Shown here: positions 48,001 to 56,790 of the stretch, piece by piece
How the letters are laid out: every line of letters starts with the position of its first letter
Numbering within the stretch: position 1 is the stretch's first letter
Sequence record: MF459647.1
Strand: one strand, 5' to 3'
Length of the DNA: 64,000 nucleotides
The notes under the pieces: model-generated
What the model saw: the letters and a program-made list of their open reading frames with translations, nothing else
Database searches by the model: none
What the model was told of the DNA's origin: nothing
Translations under genes and position numbers: made by a program

Positions 48001-48313
48001 GACTGAGATTGATCTGATTACAGGTCAAACATGGACACCGGGTGTGCGTTATACCGGACCGGGTGGTAGCGAAGCAGGATGGAATACTTTGAATTCCTGG
48101 TCGAAGGTAATGCCTGGATTGGCTATCCCGAATATCCGGAACGCGAAGTCTGCATCGGTGCGTGTGGTGCCTGTTCGTGGTCGTCAAGGTGATGTAGCAG
48201 TGTTGCAGCAACCAACCGCAGCAAACAACTGGACGTTCATTACTGGTGGAACTGACTTACCGGGTGGAAGTGACAACTACATCTGGCAGGTTTATTTAAC
48301 CGTTAACTGGTAA
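45011..48313 (+). CDS. Large tail fibre/baseplate-appendage paralog 3 with extra C-terminal domain
   Basis: GAGGAG RBS before GTG 45011. HGETKNTIGLSKVDNFRTAT module. Degenerate copy of the shared C-terminal block, then about 130 extra aa. Confidence 0.65.
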   Translation: MIIIERWKEPPVLDTPEPKFGEVIRSLNDLLFLAEQQTQQFNASTTAKLDTIKTKLTRFSVDLPARIDVHLNGKGAMHGETKNTIGLSKVDNFRTATLTEQRDMVDVDALCTPAGVQAAVDKNNSFRQEDYQKNDLFPFGSIHTPDLYPRVSTNWKNVPYFQNDYCTLGYQNDRVIVSPKQDASKYSGFTGFVSDSLQAASMMLLNEQSDMAMSYLGEGWGMRGAQTSDNKVAVFRPLANLKKFNYPSQMNLPGSKAYILWDEYITDLVQGFAVSVDVSGSTISVYHDVFKALNPTTDPTLTSAVSLGLLTSLTWIGGLDLVPVRGSHAYNLYNFIDADPGVTIAVNPAARIKVSPTLIWAVQDKEIYVHIAVPVIVAANGKSKEYVLRFTESWNVAGINNGSQISTTQLGVLTKDYVNANLEIRDTPKWMMPCDWTDALNPVGLPGVFLKSGYVIQARSTKYGIKVKYSTTPLKSSLEWINGYKTAKKPSSAVTRTFSPGRYLSFGEIPERILPMDVSNGVTRYLSYQDINKKHGYGWTEHTWFSDKVMKAGSPVNTHSALSPDNSIVYEFSNDFNKSLVIKAGKNGGIATSGMAFTFANDFVGKDGFSYQSGIVKPGVDVALGKPIIAAMQTHGLKILKRAAAQYGTGYDARKSELTNQVYCFDNSKILVIISDGLAYAEAGLFTYRIENGVLNAEIPLTDDQFFRITDSTKRPSLLSRTSATGDGVNHLFADLLIYQEDDDTFHVGVPRAFGHVFGDLTFSITNYRTKPAFTPRITNPARLYSNDSPIDVVEELYPQVLATTFGLFSFQPSITSAVQTRLQQAGGSFTMDPYLPPDAYYCIVPSGTRCILGGRSVTLERSYYLPFDGTDNTHFYLTRNGDDVLLEKSIGLMEPSNSSVLYAYYHPGELTIVPSYIVLDDHVLSYARRGSAIPVTMDTGTAIGSNVFFRRGDVNYVDVPVAQFEMLADYHYRGEVSLLNGNMTLRLSSTVDNGTGTEIDLITGQTWTPGVRYTGPGGSEAGWNTLNSWSKVMPGLAIPNIRNAKSASVRVVPVRGRQGDVAVLQQPTAANNWTFITGGTDLPGGSDNYIWQVYLTVNW

Positions 48314-48319
48314 CAGACT

Positions 48320-48351
48320 CTACTACTCTCTCCGCAAGGAGAGAGTAGTAG
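48320..48351. terminator. Bidirectional terminator, GCAA tetraloop
   Basis: CTACTACTCTCTCC-GCAA-GGAGAGAGTAGTAG between convergent genes. Confidence 0.85.
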
Positions 48352-48361
48352 TTTATTCGTA

Positions 48362-49345
48362 TTATACTGGTCCGCCGGATTTATCGCTACCAGACTTAAC
48401 TCCGGTAGTAAGGTGATTGTTCAGACTAACATTAGAACGCACATCCGAAGCAGAGTAAATCTCTTCTGTGGATTTAATCCCACCTTTCTGGTCAATATTG
48501 CCGGTTAAGTCAATATCACCTTTCCAAGTTGTTTTCGGACAGTCAACATTCCAGGAGCTGGAGATTTGGAACTGGGTGTTCTTGGCCTGTACCTGCCACG
48601 TATCACACTGGATGTTTAACTTCTTGGTCAACAGGTTAATCTCTTTATCGGCGTTGAGATTAATCTTGTCCTTGGTGTACGCAGTCAGTACCTGCTTGTT
48701 GATGTTGAACACACTGCCGTCGGCGTTGGTATACGTCAGGCTACGTTCAATGTCATCCAGCACCAGATAACTCTTCTCTTTACCCCCCACCATAATCTTC
48801 CCGGCCATGGCATCGATCATGACTTCAAAGACGGTCTTCTCCTGGTTCTTCTGCGAGGTACGGAACGAGACCTTACCGGTGTGGGTAGAAATCATGAAGG
48901 TGTAGAAGTTATCAATATTGAAATCTTCTTTATCCGGGTCGGTGATGTTCTCATCGGTTGCCGGACTGGCACTCCACCCATACATAACCGTTTCCAGACG
49001 CATGGTCTTGGCGTTCATTCCCCAGGTGGTCCAGTAGTACTTCTTCTGACCGGTTACCTGGTAGATGCTTACCTCAGAGCCCTCACGTACATCGGGAGAT
49101 GACAGGCGGTTCGAGTCACCCATGGACTTCCAGAAAGCCGGCACGGCGTTACTCATTAAAACTTTACTGTTAACTGTATTACCTTGAGCATCCAAACTTT
49201 GTTTTTCTTGTTGCTCTGCGGTGGCTTCAACTTTACCATCCGCCATCGGGAACTTGCTGGGCAGGTAGACCATGATTTGGTCAGTGTTGGTGTTTTTGTT
49301 AGCCGCCACTATACCTGTCCCTAAGAATTGAATCATACTGCTCAT
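48362..49345 (-). CDS. Baseplate central spike protein (gp5/gpV-type)
   Basis: OB-fold-like N-terminus (PDVREGSEVSIYQ). Beta-helix-like repeats (INLNADKEINL..KLNIQC). Apex SLNNHLTTGVKSGSDKSGGPV. Divergent from sbcC as in phiKZ. Confidence 0.75.
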   Translation of the reverse strand: MSSMIQFLGTGIVAANKNTNTDQIMVYLPSKFPMADGKVEATAEQQEKQSLDAQGNTVNSKVLMSNAVPAFWKSMGDSNRLSSPDVREGSEVSIYQVTGQKKYYWTTWGMNAKTMRLETVMYGWSASPATDENITDPDKEDFNIDNFYTFMISTHTGKVSFRTSQKNQEKTVFEVMIDAMAGKIMVGGKEKSYLVLDDIERSLTYTNADGSVFNINKQVLTAYTKDKINLNADKEINLLTKKLNIQCDTWQVQAKNTQFQISSSWNVDCPKTTWKGDIDLTGNIDQKGGIKSTEEIYSASDVRSNVSLNNHLTTGVKSGSDKSGGPV

Positions 49346-49423
49346 ACGAATATCCCTAGGAATAATAAAAATAAACTAGCAAGCCATCTTATCATGGGCC
49401 ACTAAACTATAAGATTTCGTATC

Positions 49424-51883
49424 ATGATACTGAAACTCATCCTGGAAAACTACGTTCCATTAGCAACAAGCGGCATTAACAAAATCGAGCTTGACGTAAA
49501 CCACATCGTCAACTTGTTAATCAGTGTCAACGGCTCCGGTAAAACCAGTATTCTCAAAGAGATGAATCCACTGCCTCCGGACAACGCCAACTACAAAACA
49601 GGCGGCCGTAAATACATCTCGATAATGCACAACCAAAAACACTTTGTGCTGGATTCATATACCCACAAAGGTAACGGTCACAGCTTCAAGGTTGATAACA
49701 AAGAGATGAACGAAGGCGGCACGCTCACCGTTCAAAAGAACCTGGTGTTACAGTTCTTTAATCTCGACAACAACCTGAACAAAGTGTTGAGTGGGTTAAA
49801 AGTACCTGACCAACTCAGTGCCATGTCAACGTTACGCCGTAAAGAAGTCTTTATGCGTATCTACCCCAACAACACGGACTATGCGGTTGGGGTGTACAAC
49901 AAGTTAAAGGATGAACGCAACAGCTTAAAGGGTGCGATTAAGAATCAGGTTACTCGTTACGCCGAAGAGAACCGGAAACTGGAAACCCTGAGTGGGATGA
50001 CCATTGGGGAACTCGAAGACCAGGTAAAATACATCGAAGAAGAGCTCAAGCACGCGCTGCTGTTACGTGGCCAGTTAGAGAACGCTGAGATGGACCCGGA
50101 GATGCGTAGCAAGTATGACCAATTCAGTCGCCTGGTTGACAGCTTAACGTTGAACGTGGCGAAAGCCACCTCCATGAGTCACGAAGAGCTGTTACGTGAA
50201 GCGGCGCGGTTAGAGAACATGTTGGACTTTAACCTCAAGCACGCTGAGAAGTACACCACGTTGATTAACGAGTACACCAAGAACTTGTCAGGGTTAAGCT
50301 TAGAAGAGCAAGACCCGAAGAAGTTCAAGGACCAGCTCGAAATCATCAGTGATGAGTTGGTGCGGTTGAATGAGTCAGTTATTCAACATGGTGAGACGCT
50401 GAAAGCTTTCCCTATCTTTAATGACGGGGAAATGTACGAAGAGTTAACGGTGATTGCCGAAGACTTTACCAGCTACCTGCACCGTATTACGTTAGCCAGC
50501 TCACCCGAGTTAACCAGCGGTCAGTATAAGCAGTGGTTAGCAGAAGTCGAACAGATGAGTAACACCATTCGGTTACGTAAACAAGAACGTCAGCAGATTG
50601 CGCATCAGTTAAAGCACATGCAGCAGGCCGACGTGATTGAGTGCCCAGAGTGTACGCATAAGTTCAAACAAGGCATTACCCCGCAGGATATTGTTCGTGT
50701 GGAGCAGGGATTGATAGCCGCCGATAAGTTCATCGAATCTCAGGAAGCCAAGTTAGTGAGTTTGCAGAAGCAGATTGACAACGACGCCGACTGGTATTAC
50801 AGCATGAACCAACTCGCTAGCTTTGTGCGGGAAAACCAGCACGTTCGTGTACTGTCTACGTTGATGCGTGAATACAACCTGGGTAAAGATCCAACCGAAC
50901 GGTTGATTAACGGCCTCAGGATGCACTGTAATCGCGTTAAACTTATCAAACGTAGAAACGCCTTGATGGAAGAGGAAAGCGTCTTAAAAGGGCGTATACA
51001 AATCCTCGAAAACAATAATATGAGTCAGGCGCTGGAACAAATCCGGTGGGCCGAAGGGCAATTAGCTGACTTTAATCAGGGTATTCTGTTATACAGAGGG
51101 AAGTTGAAGGACGTTAATCGCGAACTTGAACTGATTCGTCGCCACGAAATTGATTTGGAAACACTGCTGTTCTTACGGGAAGAACTCTACTCAGGTTTTG
51201 TTAACCGAGCACGGGCTGAACTCCGTAACACAGTAGACAACATCATTACCACGCTGGGTCCACGTAAAGACCGTCACCTGGCCGACATTATTCGCACACG
51301 TTCTTTGAGTTCTGTTGTGGCTTCTATTGATGAAGATATTCAACGCTTAAAGAAACGATTAGTTATCGTTGAAACAGCCATGGATGGGTTGTGTCCGAAT
51401 AAAGGGTTAATTGGTAAACTGATGTCCGATTTCATTCAGGCCGTCTGTGGTAACATGAACGCCATCATCAAAGACGTTTGGAACGAACGCCTGCTTATTA
51501 AACCTTGCACGAAGGAGAATGGAGATTTAACGTATAAGTTCCCGGTGATAAACGGTGAAGATTCGGTTAACTCGGACATTGTTGATTGTTCGGCTGGCGA
51601 AAGTGAAATCATTAACTTTGCTTTCCGCTACGTCATGTTGCAATATCACGCTGACTATCCAATGTTCATGGATGAAGTCGGGGTATACTTCGACGAAATT
51701 AACCGCGGCCGTTTCTTTAACTTCATCAAGAACTATGCGTTGAGTGGCGACTGCACACAGATGTTTATGATCTCCCACTACGTTAACCAGTACGGCATAT
51801 TCAAAGACGCAAACATCATTGCGCTGAAGTACGACGGGTTGACGATTAATGGGGAAGTGAACAAGCATTCTGTCATACACTAA
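49424..51883 (+). CDS. sbcC: SbcC/Rad50-like ABC ATPase
   Basis: Walker A NGSGKTS, long coiled coils, CPEC zinc hook, signature CSAGE, Walker B FMDEVG, ISH motif. Confidence 0.9.
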   Translation: MILKLILENYVPLATSGINKIELDVNHIVNLLISVNGSGKTSILKEMNPLPPDNANYKTGGRKYISIMHNQKHFVLDSYTHKGNGHSFKVDNKEMNEGGTLTVQKNLVLQFFNLDNNLNKVLSGLKVPDQLSAMSTLRRKEVFMRIYPNNTDYAVGVYNKLKDERNSLKGAIKNQVTRYAEENRKLETLSGMTIGELEDQVKYIEEELKHALLLRGQLENAEMDPEMRSKYDQFSRLVDSLTLNVAKATSMSHEELLREAARLENMLDFNLKHAEKYTTLINEYTKNLSGLSLEEQDPKKFKDQLEIISDELVRLNESVIQHGETLKAFPIFNDGEMYEELTVIAEDFTSYLHRITLASSPELTSGQYKQWLAEVEQMSNTIRLRKQERQQIAHQLKHMQQADVIECPECTHKFKQGITPQDIVRVEQGLIAADKFIESQEAKLVSLQKQIDNDADWYYSMNQLASFVRENQHVRVLSTLMREYNLGKDPTERLINGLRMHCNRVKLIKRRNALMEEESVLKGRIQILENNNMSQALEQIRWAEGQLADFNQGILLYRGKLKDVNRELELIRRHEIDLETLLFLREELYSGFVNRARAELRNTVDNIITTLGPRKDRHLADIIRTRSLSSVVASIDEDIQRLKKRLVIVETAMDGLCPNKGLIGKLMSDFIQAVCGNMNAIIKDVWNERLLIKPCTKENGDLTYKFPVINGEDSVNSDIVDCSAGESEIINFAFRYVMLQYHADYPMFMDEVGVYFDEINRGRFFNFIKNYALSGDCTQMFMISHYVNQYGIFKDANIIALKYDGLTINGEVNKHSVIH

Positions 51884-51890
51884 CAATAGT

Positions 51891-51916
51891 TTTTCAGACC
51901 TACATTATTAGGCTGA
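51891..51916 (+). promoter_or_regulatory. Conserved 26-bp motif copy 4 (putative early promoter)
   Basis: TTTTCAGACCTACATTATTAGGCTGA upstream of the transglycosylase gene. Confidence 0.65.
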
Positions 51917-51988
51917 TAGAGGCAAGATTTAAGTGCAATATCCGAAGCAGTCTTGCCTCTAAAAACAAAATAGAGGAAACACCGTATC

Positions 51989-52687
51989 ATGTTCAAGTCA
52001 ATTCTTATCACTTTAGGGGTCGTTTTCAGCTTGATGGGCGCGCCAGCACTGGCTAGCACAAGCACGGCACACCCAGCCGAAATTAAAGGGTTCAATAAAC
52101 TCAAGGACTACATATTCGAGGCAGAACAAAAAACGGGGACGTCAGCCGAGTTGCTTACGGCCTTGTTAAGTGTCGAATCCACCATGGGACACAATACTGT
52201 TAACCGTCACAGCAGTGCGCGTGGGGTGATGCAGTATACCAGTAAAACCTGGCGGGCGGATTTAAAGAAGTACCATAAACAGTTGGGGTTATCAGCCAAT
52301 GCCTCTGTCACTAATCCACGTGCCGCTATTCTGGTCACGGCAGCAGCATTAGCCGATAATAAAGTTTACCTACAACGTAAAACAGGCAGAACCATCTCGA
52401 ACGGTGATTTATACATGTCCCATTTTGTTGGCCTAGGCGGTGCGGAGAAAATCCTACGAGGAGAATCTACCACTCGCGTGTCCAAACTGGTTACTGTACA
52501 CAGTAAGAATGGAAAGCGTTACCACGTCAAAGGTAAGGTTGCCACGGTCGCTCAATTCCGGGCAAAGATGAATACCTTAATTAAGAACGAGACACGTAAA
52601 TACGCCGTGGCTCTGGATCAAAGTCGAATGGATAACTTGATGACTGCTTTGAGTAACAACAAATCTTACACAGTGGCTTCACTGTAA
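51989..52687 (+). CDS. Lytic transglycosylase (SLT-like, endolysin candidate) with Sec signal peptide
   Basis: GAGGA RBS. Signal MFKSILITLGVVFSLMGAPALA-S. SVES catalytic Glu, SSARGVMQY, LYMSHFVG motifs. Confidence 0.85.
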   Translation: MFKSILITLGVVFSLMGAPALASTSTAHPAEIKGFNKLKDYIFEAEQKTGTSAELLTALLSVESTMGHNTVNRHSSARGVMQYTSKTWRADLKKYHKQLGLSANASVTNPRAAILVTAAALADNKVYLQRKTGRTISNGDLYMSHFVGLGGAEKILRGESTTRVSKLVTVHSKNGKRYHVKGKVATVAQFRAKMNTLIKNETRKYAVALDQSRMDNLMTALSNNKSYTVASL

Positions 52688-52805
52688 TTTGTTACCACGC
52701 GGTTTCATAGTTATGAGGATAATGTACTTGAAATAACTAACTGTAGTAGACGATAAAATCAGGGGTCGATTCTACATGAGTTGTTCTAGTCGAATGAGGT
52801 TAATT

Positions 52806-53063
52806 ATGACTAAGCAAATTGTTAAAGCAACTGTAGTGGATGACGTTCTGGTTCCCAACCCCAATGGTGAAACTGAAGTCATCGTAGATATTGAACAAAA
52901 CGCCGGTGATTGCAAAACTGCTACCCTGTCTTTCTGGGGTAACATCCAAGGGGTCGTCAGCTATGACGAAACCGGTGAACGTGTGGTTAGCCATATGGCA
53001 CTGGGAATGGGCGACACTGCGAATATTGCATCGTCCATTGAAAACATTGCCAATGTAATTTAA
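52806..53063 (+). CDS. Hypothetical protein
   Basis: GAGGT RBS before ATG 52806. 85 aa. Followed by a terminator. Confidence 0.7.
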   Translation: MTKQIVKATVVDDVLVPNPNGETEVIVDIEQNAGDCKTATLSFWGNIQGVVSYDETGERVVSHMALGMGDTANIASSIENIANVI

Positions 53064-53070
53064 TCACGTC

Positions 53071-53106
53071 AGGTACTCTCTAGGGCTTGTCCCTAGAGAG
53101 TAACCT
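53071..53106 (+). terminator. Terminator-like hairpin
   Basis: ACTCTCTAGGG-CTTGT-CCCTAGAGAGT with AGGT/ACCT extension. Confidence 0.75.
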
Positions 53107-53135
53107 TTATTATGCTTTTTTGAAGGATTGCTTTT

Positions 53136-53627
53136 ATGCTGTTACTTAAAGATATCCGCGAATTAGATGAAGTGCGTTTCCCGTCGAGCATTAACCACTC
53201 GTATAAATGGTGTCTTTTACCTTATCAAAGCGGTAACGACAGCAATGACCTGCTGTTGATGTTAATCCGTGAACCGATTCGTTTACCTTTGCCGCCGAAG
53301 TTTGGCTACTACAATAACTGGGATATGCCGGAAGTTGAAACGGAAACCATTGAGTGTATCAGCCTCAGTCGTGCCGGTCAACTTTGGAGTGCAGAAGTCG
53401 GGACCGACGGTACCAAGACCGTGGCGGACTTCGTAACCTGGCTTATTGCCATCATGGTGGTGAAGATCAAGAACATGCTGTTGGAAGTCGATATCGAAGA
53501 CGAGAAGATTTATCCGTTTGCTCGAGGATTTGTGGATGCACATTCACAAGACCAGGGACTCCACGCCATTGCTAACGTGCTGACCAACAACTTTAGTCAG
53601 CTGTACTATTTTTCCAATACACACTGA
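53136..53627 (+). CDS. Hypothetical protein
   Basis: AAGGA RBS. 163 aa. Confidence 0.7.
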   Translation: MLLLKDIRELDEVRFPSSINHSYKWCLLPYQSGNDSNDLLLMLIREPIRLPLPPKFGYYNNWDMPEVETETIECISLSRAGQLWSAEVGTDGTKTVADFVTWLIAIMVVKIKNMLLEVDIEDEKIYPFARGFVDAHSQDQGLHAIANVLTNNFSQLYYFSNTH

Positions 53628-53637
53628 GATTACCGTA

Positions 53638-54315
53638 ATGAGCTTTGTATTAAACTTAGACATGGACGACGTTGTTACCGACACCAACACTTTAATGGTA
53701 AGCGACTTAATCACCATTCTCAAAGACTACGATCATCCTGCAGCGGAATACTTATTGCACCATTTAATTATTCACGACGACCTCCATACTCTAGCGTTTC
53801 AAGAAAGGTTGCGTAAGCACGCGCCAGAGTTGGGAACGTTGTTGGATACCGTTATCAAAACGGCTATCATGGACAAAGGGTGTTACATGACCCGTGTCAA
53901 ACCCAACTACGCCGTGGTGGACTACATCCGGACCACCTTAGCCAAAGCGGTAGAGACTGGTCGCATTGAACTGGCGGTGACAACCCACCGTGGGTTCCAT
54001 GTGGATGCCACGGACCTGACCAAGGCGTGGTTACGGGAACAGAAGGTTGAGCATCTGATTAACGATTTCAACGTCCTGGATTACCGCACCATTCCCAACA
54101 AATTGATTTACCTGCGCGAGCGCTACGGCGATAACTTCCTGCTGGTTGACGACAACCCTATCGCAGGAACAGAACTGCTGCCGCACCACAAAGAGTTGGT
54201 GATTTACACCAATGGGCGGAAACACCTCAGTCGGTACACCAATCAAGCCATTGTCAATAACGTTGCTGAACTCCATGCGCACCTTATTGAACTGGGTGTG
54301 ATTGGTTACTATTAA
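53638..54315 (+). CDS. HAD-superfamily phosphatase (5'-nucleotidase-like)
   Basis: Motif I LDMDDVV, motif II TTHRG, motif III/IV NKL...LLVDDNP. Confidence 0.75.
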   Translation: MSFVLNLDMDDVVTDTNTLMVSDLITILKDYDHPAAEYLLHHLIIHDDLHTLAFQERLRKHAPELGTLLDTVIKTAIMDKGCYMTRVKPNYAVVDYIRTTLAKAVETGRIELAVTTHRGFHVDATDLTKAWLREQKVEHLINDFNVLDYRTIPNKLIYLRERYGDNFLLVDDNPIAGTELLPHHKELVIYTNGRKHLSRYTNQAIVNNVAELHAHLIELGVIGYY

Positions 54316-54323
54316 GGAAACCC

Positions 54324-56255
54324 ATGAAAGCCATTAACCAAGACATACTCGAACAAATGCAAACGTTGCATGAGCAGATTGCTCATTATAACCACCTGCA
54401 TTTCGTTGAGAACAAGTCCGAAATCAGCGATGAAGAGTTTGATGCGTTAATGCGAGAACTCAACACCCTGAAGGCAACCAACCCCAAAGAAGCCCGGGAG
54501 TTGGAAAAGAAGTCGGCGGTGATTCCGTTGTCCGGTGGCGGGACGGAATTAGAACTGGCACGACTGGAAGAGAAGATGTTGTCACTCAATAAGGTGTATA
54601 ACCAAGGTGAGTTAGACATCTTTATGAAACAGCAGCCTGAGGGTGCAACGTTTAGCTATGAGTACAAGCTGGACGGCCTGGCATTAGAACTCAACTACGT
54701 GAACGGGGTGTTAAAGGAAATCCTGACGCGCTATGACGGTTCTAACGGTGAGTTGGTTACCCACGCCCTACCGTTGTTCAACAACATCCCGCTGGAAGTA
54801 CCAGAGTGGCGTGATGTCCCGAGTCGTCGTGTGCGGGGAGAAGGCTACATTAATTATGCTAACTTTGCCCGCTACAATGAAGTGTCAACGCTGCCTGCCA
54901 AGAATACCCGTAACTCGGTAGCCGGTTGGGTACGTGCTTTACCACAGAACCAGAACCCCCTGGCAAAAGGACTGCTGAGCTTTAACACGTATTGGTGTGA
55001 TGCCGACTTCGGTAAACTCACCTACGACGAAGTCATGGACGAACTGGTTAAGCTGGGCTTTGAGCGTGCACCGAAGATTACCGAGCTCTACATTGAAAAC
55101 AATGTGCGTAGTACGGTCGTGCCGGTGGATGGGGTAGTTATCAAAGTCAACGAGTTAGCGCTGCAGAAGAAGCAAGGTAACCGAAGCAACAGTCCCCGCT
55201 GGGCCATTGCATATAAGTTCCCTGCTGAAACCGCTGAAACCCGTTTGACCGATGTGGTATGGCAAGTGGGACGTACCGGAGCCGTAACCCCGGTGATTCA
55301 ATATTCACCAATCATGCTGATGGGGGCAGAGTGTTCACGTGCTACGATCCATAATTATCGCCGTTTTATTAACCACGGTTTGCGTATCGGTAGCCGTGTG
55401 CTTATCTCTCGCAATGGTGACGTGATTCCTCACTTAGCCAAGGTGATTGATAACGGCAACGGGAAAATCATTCACGCCCCTAAAGCCTGTCCGAGTTGTG
55501 GAGCCTTACTCTCTTATGAAGGAGAGAACGACGAAGCGATTCACTTACGTTGTAATAACGTCGCCAGCTGTCCTGCACAGTTAGCCCAGCGTTGTTATAA
55601 CCTGGTAGATAAGGATGGGTTGGATATCGACGGGATTGGCCTGGTAACGATTACCAAATGGATTGAAGAAGGGCTAGTGAAAAACCCGGCCGATATCTTC
55701 CGGTTACCTGAGTCTGCTACTAACCCCGGTATCTATACTCGTATCCATGCTGCCCGTCAGGTACCGCTGAACAAGTTCATTAAAGCACTGAGCTTGCCGA
55801 GCGTGGGTGTAGTGACCGCAATGAACATTGCCAAAGCGGTAGGGGATTATGAATTACCGTACTTCCTGACGCAGGTAGAACTGTTAGCGGCTATCCCTGA
55901 CATTGGCCCGGGTACGGCTATGGAAATCGCCAACGCTGCCCAAGACCCAGAGTTCGTGAAGCTACTGACTCGGTTATTGGAAGAGGTGTCGCTGATTCCA
56001 CCTAAGGTTGAAGTTTACACCTGTAAGGCTGCCATCAGTGGGTCAACGTCGATGCCGCGGTCTGAACTGGAGGATATCTTCCGGGAAAGCGGTATTGAGA
56101 TTACCAACAAGGTAACCAAGGATTGTAAGGTCATGTTGGTGGGACAACGACCCAGTAATCCGAAAGTTGCCAAAGCCAACAAGTTTGGTTTACCTGTTAT
56201 CGATGTGGTATCGGTTCCTGATATCCAGGCATTAATTGAGAGGATTTTAGCATGA
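54324..56255 (+). CDS. ligA: NAD+-dependent DNA ligase
   Basis: ISDEEFD Ia domain, MLSL, EYKLDG adenylation motif, DGVVIK, PRWAIAYKF, WQVGRTG, RNGDVIP, C4 zinc finger, HhH, BRCT. Confidence 0.95.
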   Translation: MKAINQDILEQMQTLHEQIAHYNHLHFVENKSEISDEEFDALMRELNTLKATNPKEARELEKKSAVIPLSGGGTELELARLEEKMLSLNKVYNQGELDIFMKQQPEGATFSYEYKLDGLALELNYVNGVLKEILTRYDGSNGELVTHALPLFNNIPLEVPEWRDVPSRRVRGEGYINYANFARYNEVSTLPAKNTRNSVAGWVRALPQNQNPLAKGLLSFNTYWCDADFGKLTYDEVMDELVKLGFERAPKITELYIENNVRSTVVPVDGVVIKVNELALQKKQGNRSNSPRWAIAYKFPAETAETRLTDVVWQVGRTGAVTPVIQYSPIMLMGAECSRATIHNYRRFINHGLRIGSRVLISRNGDVIPHLAKVIDNGNGKIIHAPKACPSCGALLSYEGENDEAIHLRCNNVASCPAQLAQRCYNLVDKDGLDIDGIGLVTITKWIEEGLVKNPADIFRLPESATNPGIYTRIHAARQVPLNKFIKALSLPSVGVVTAMNIAKAVGDYELPYFLTQVELLAAIPDIGPGTAMEIANAAQDPEFVKLLTRLLEEVSLIPPKVEVYTCKAAISGSTSMPRSELEDIFRESGIEITNKVTKDCKVMLVGQRPSNPKVAKANKFGLPVIDVVSVPDIQALIERILA

Positions 56256-56575
56256 TGATTCGCAATGGTTATATCGTTCACCTGATTAACCAAAAGGGTT
56301 CCGCCGCCGAGCTGGAAAAGGTGTTGCCGGACAATGTGAAGGTTAACGTGATAGAGATTGGGGAACGTCGCCTGCAGCTGATGATTCCGGATAGCACTAC
56401 GTTTACCGAGCAGTTGGGTAACAGTTTGGTGGCTACTGGACCGTTCCAGGTGTCGCAGATGATCTCCGCAAAGGGTGAACTGTATGTCTACTACACCAAA
56501 GACGACTTCCGCAGTCAGGTGAAAGAAGATAACCAGCGTCTGGCCGGCGATCTGTTTAACCCTGGACGTCATTAA
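56252..56575 (+). CDS. Hypothetical protein
   Basis: ATGA overlap with ligA. GAGG RBS. Confidence 0.7.
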   Translation: MMIRNGYIVHLINQKGSAAELEKVLPDNVKVNVIEIGERRLQLMIPDSTTFTEQLGNSLVATGPFQVSQMISAKGELYVYYTKDDFRSQVKEDNQRLAGDLFNPGRH

Positions 56576-56781
56576 TGGAAAAGACCAATGTGAAACATGT
56601 TGCATTGGTCGGTCCTCCCTTGACCACTACCCTCGTGAGTATGGCACTGGGAGGACAATCCAGTCCGGCGAATTTTGTCTATCAATCCCTGCCCGAGAAC
56701 CCACCACGTTTTCAAGGGCGGGAAGTTATCACCTCAGCAAAGGGTAACATGTACCCGGCCGCTAAAACTCGACGTAAATAA
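56575..56781 (+). CDS. Small hypothetical protein
   Basis: TAATG coupling. Fills the gap exactly. Confidence 0.55.
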   Translation: MEKTNVKHVALVGPPLTTTLVSMALGGQSSPANFVYQSLPENPPRFQGREVITSAKGNMYPAAKTRRK

Positions 56782-56790
56782 GGATAGAAA

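Noticed and set aside
37880-48313. Possible DGR or invertible tail-fibre switching
   Set aside because: No reverse transcriptase, invertase, near-identical template/variable repeats or flanking inverted repeats seen. Paralogs differ at synonymous sites.
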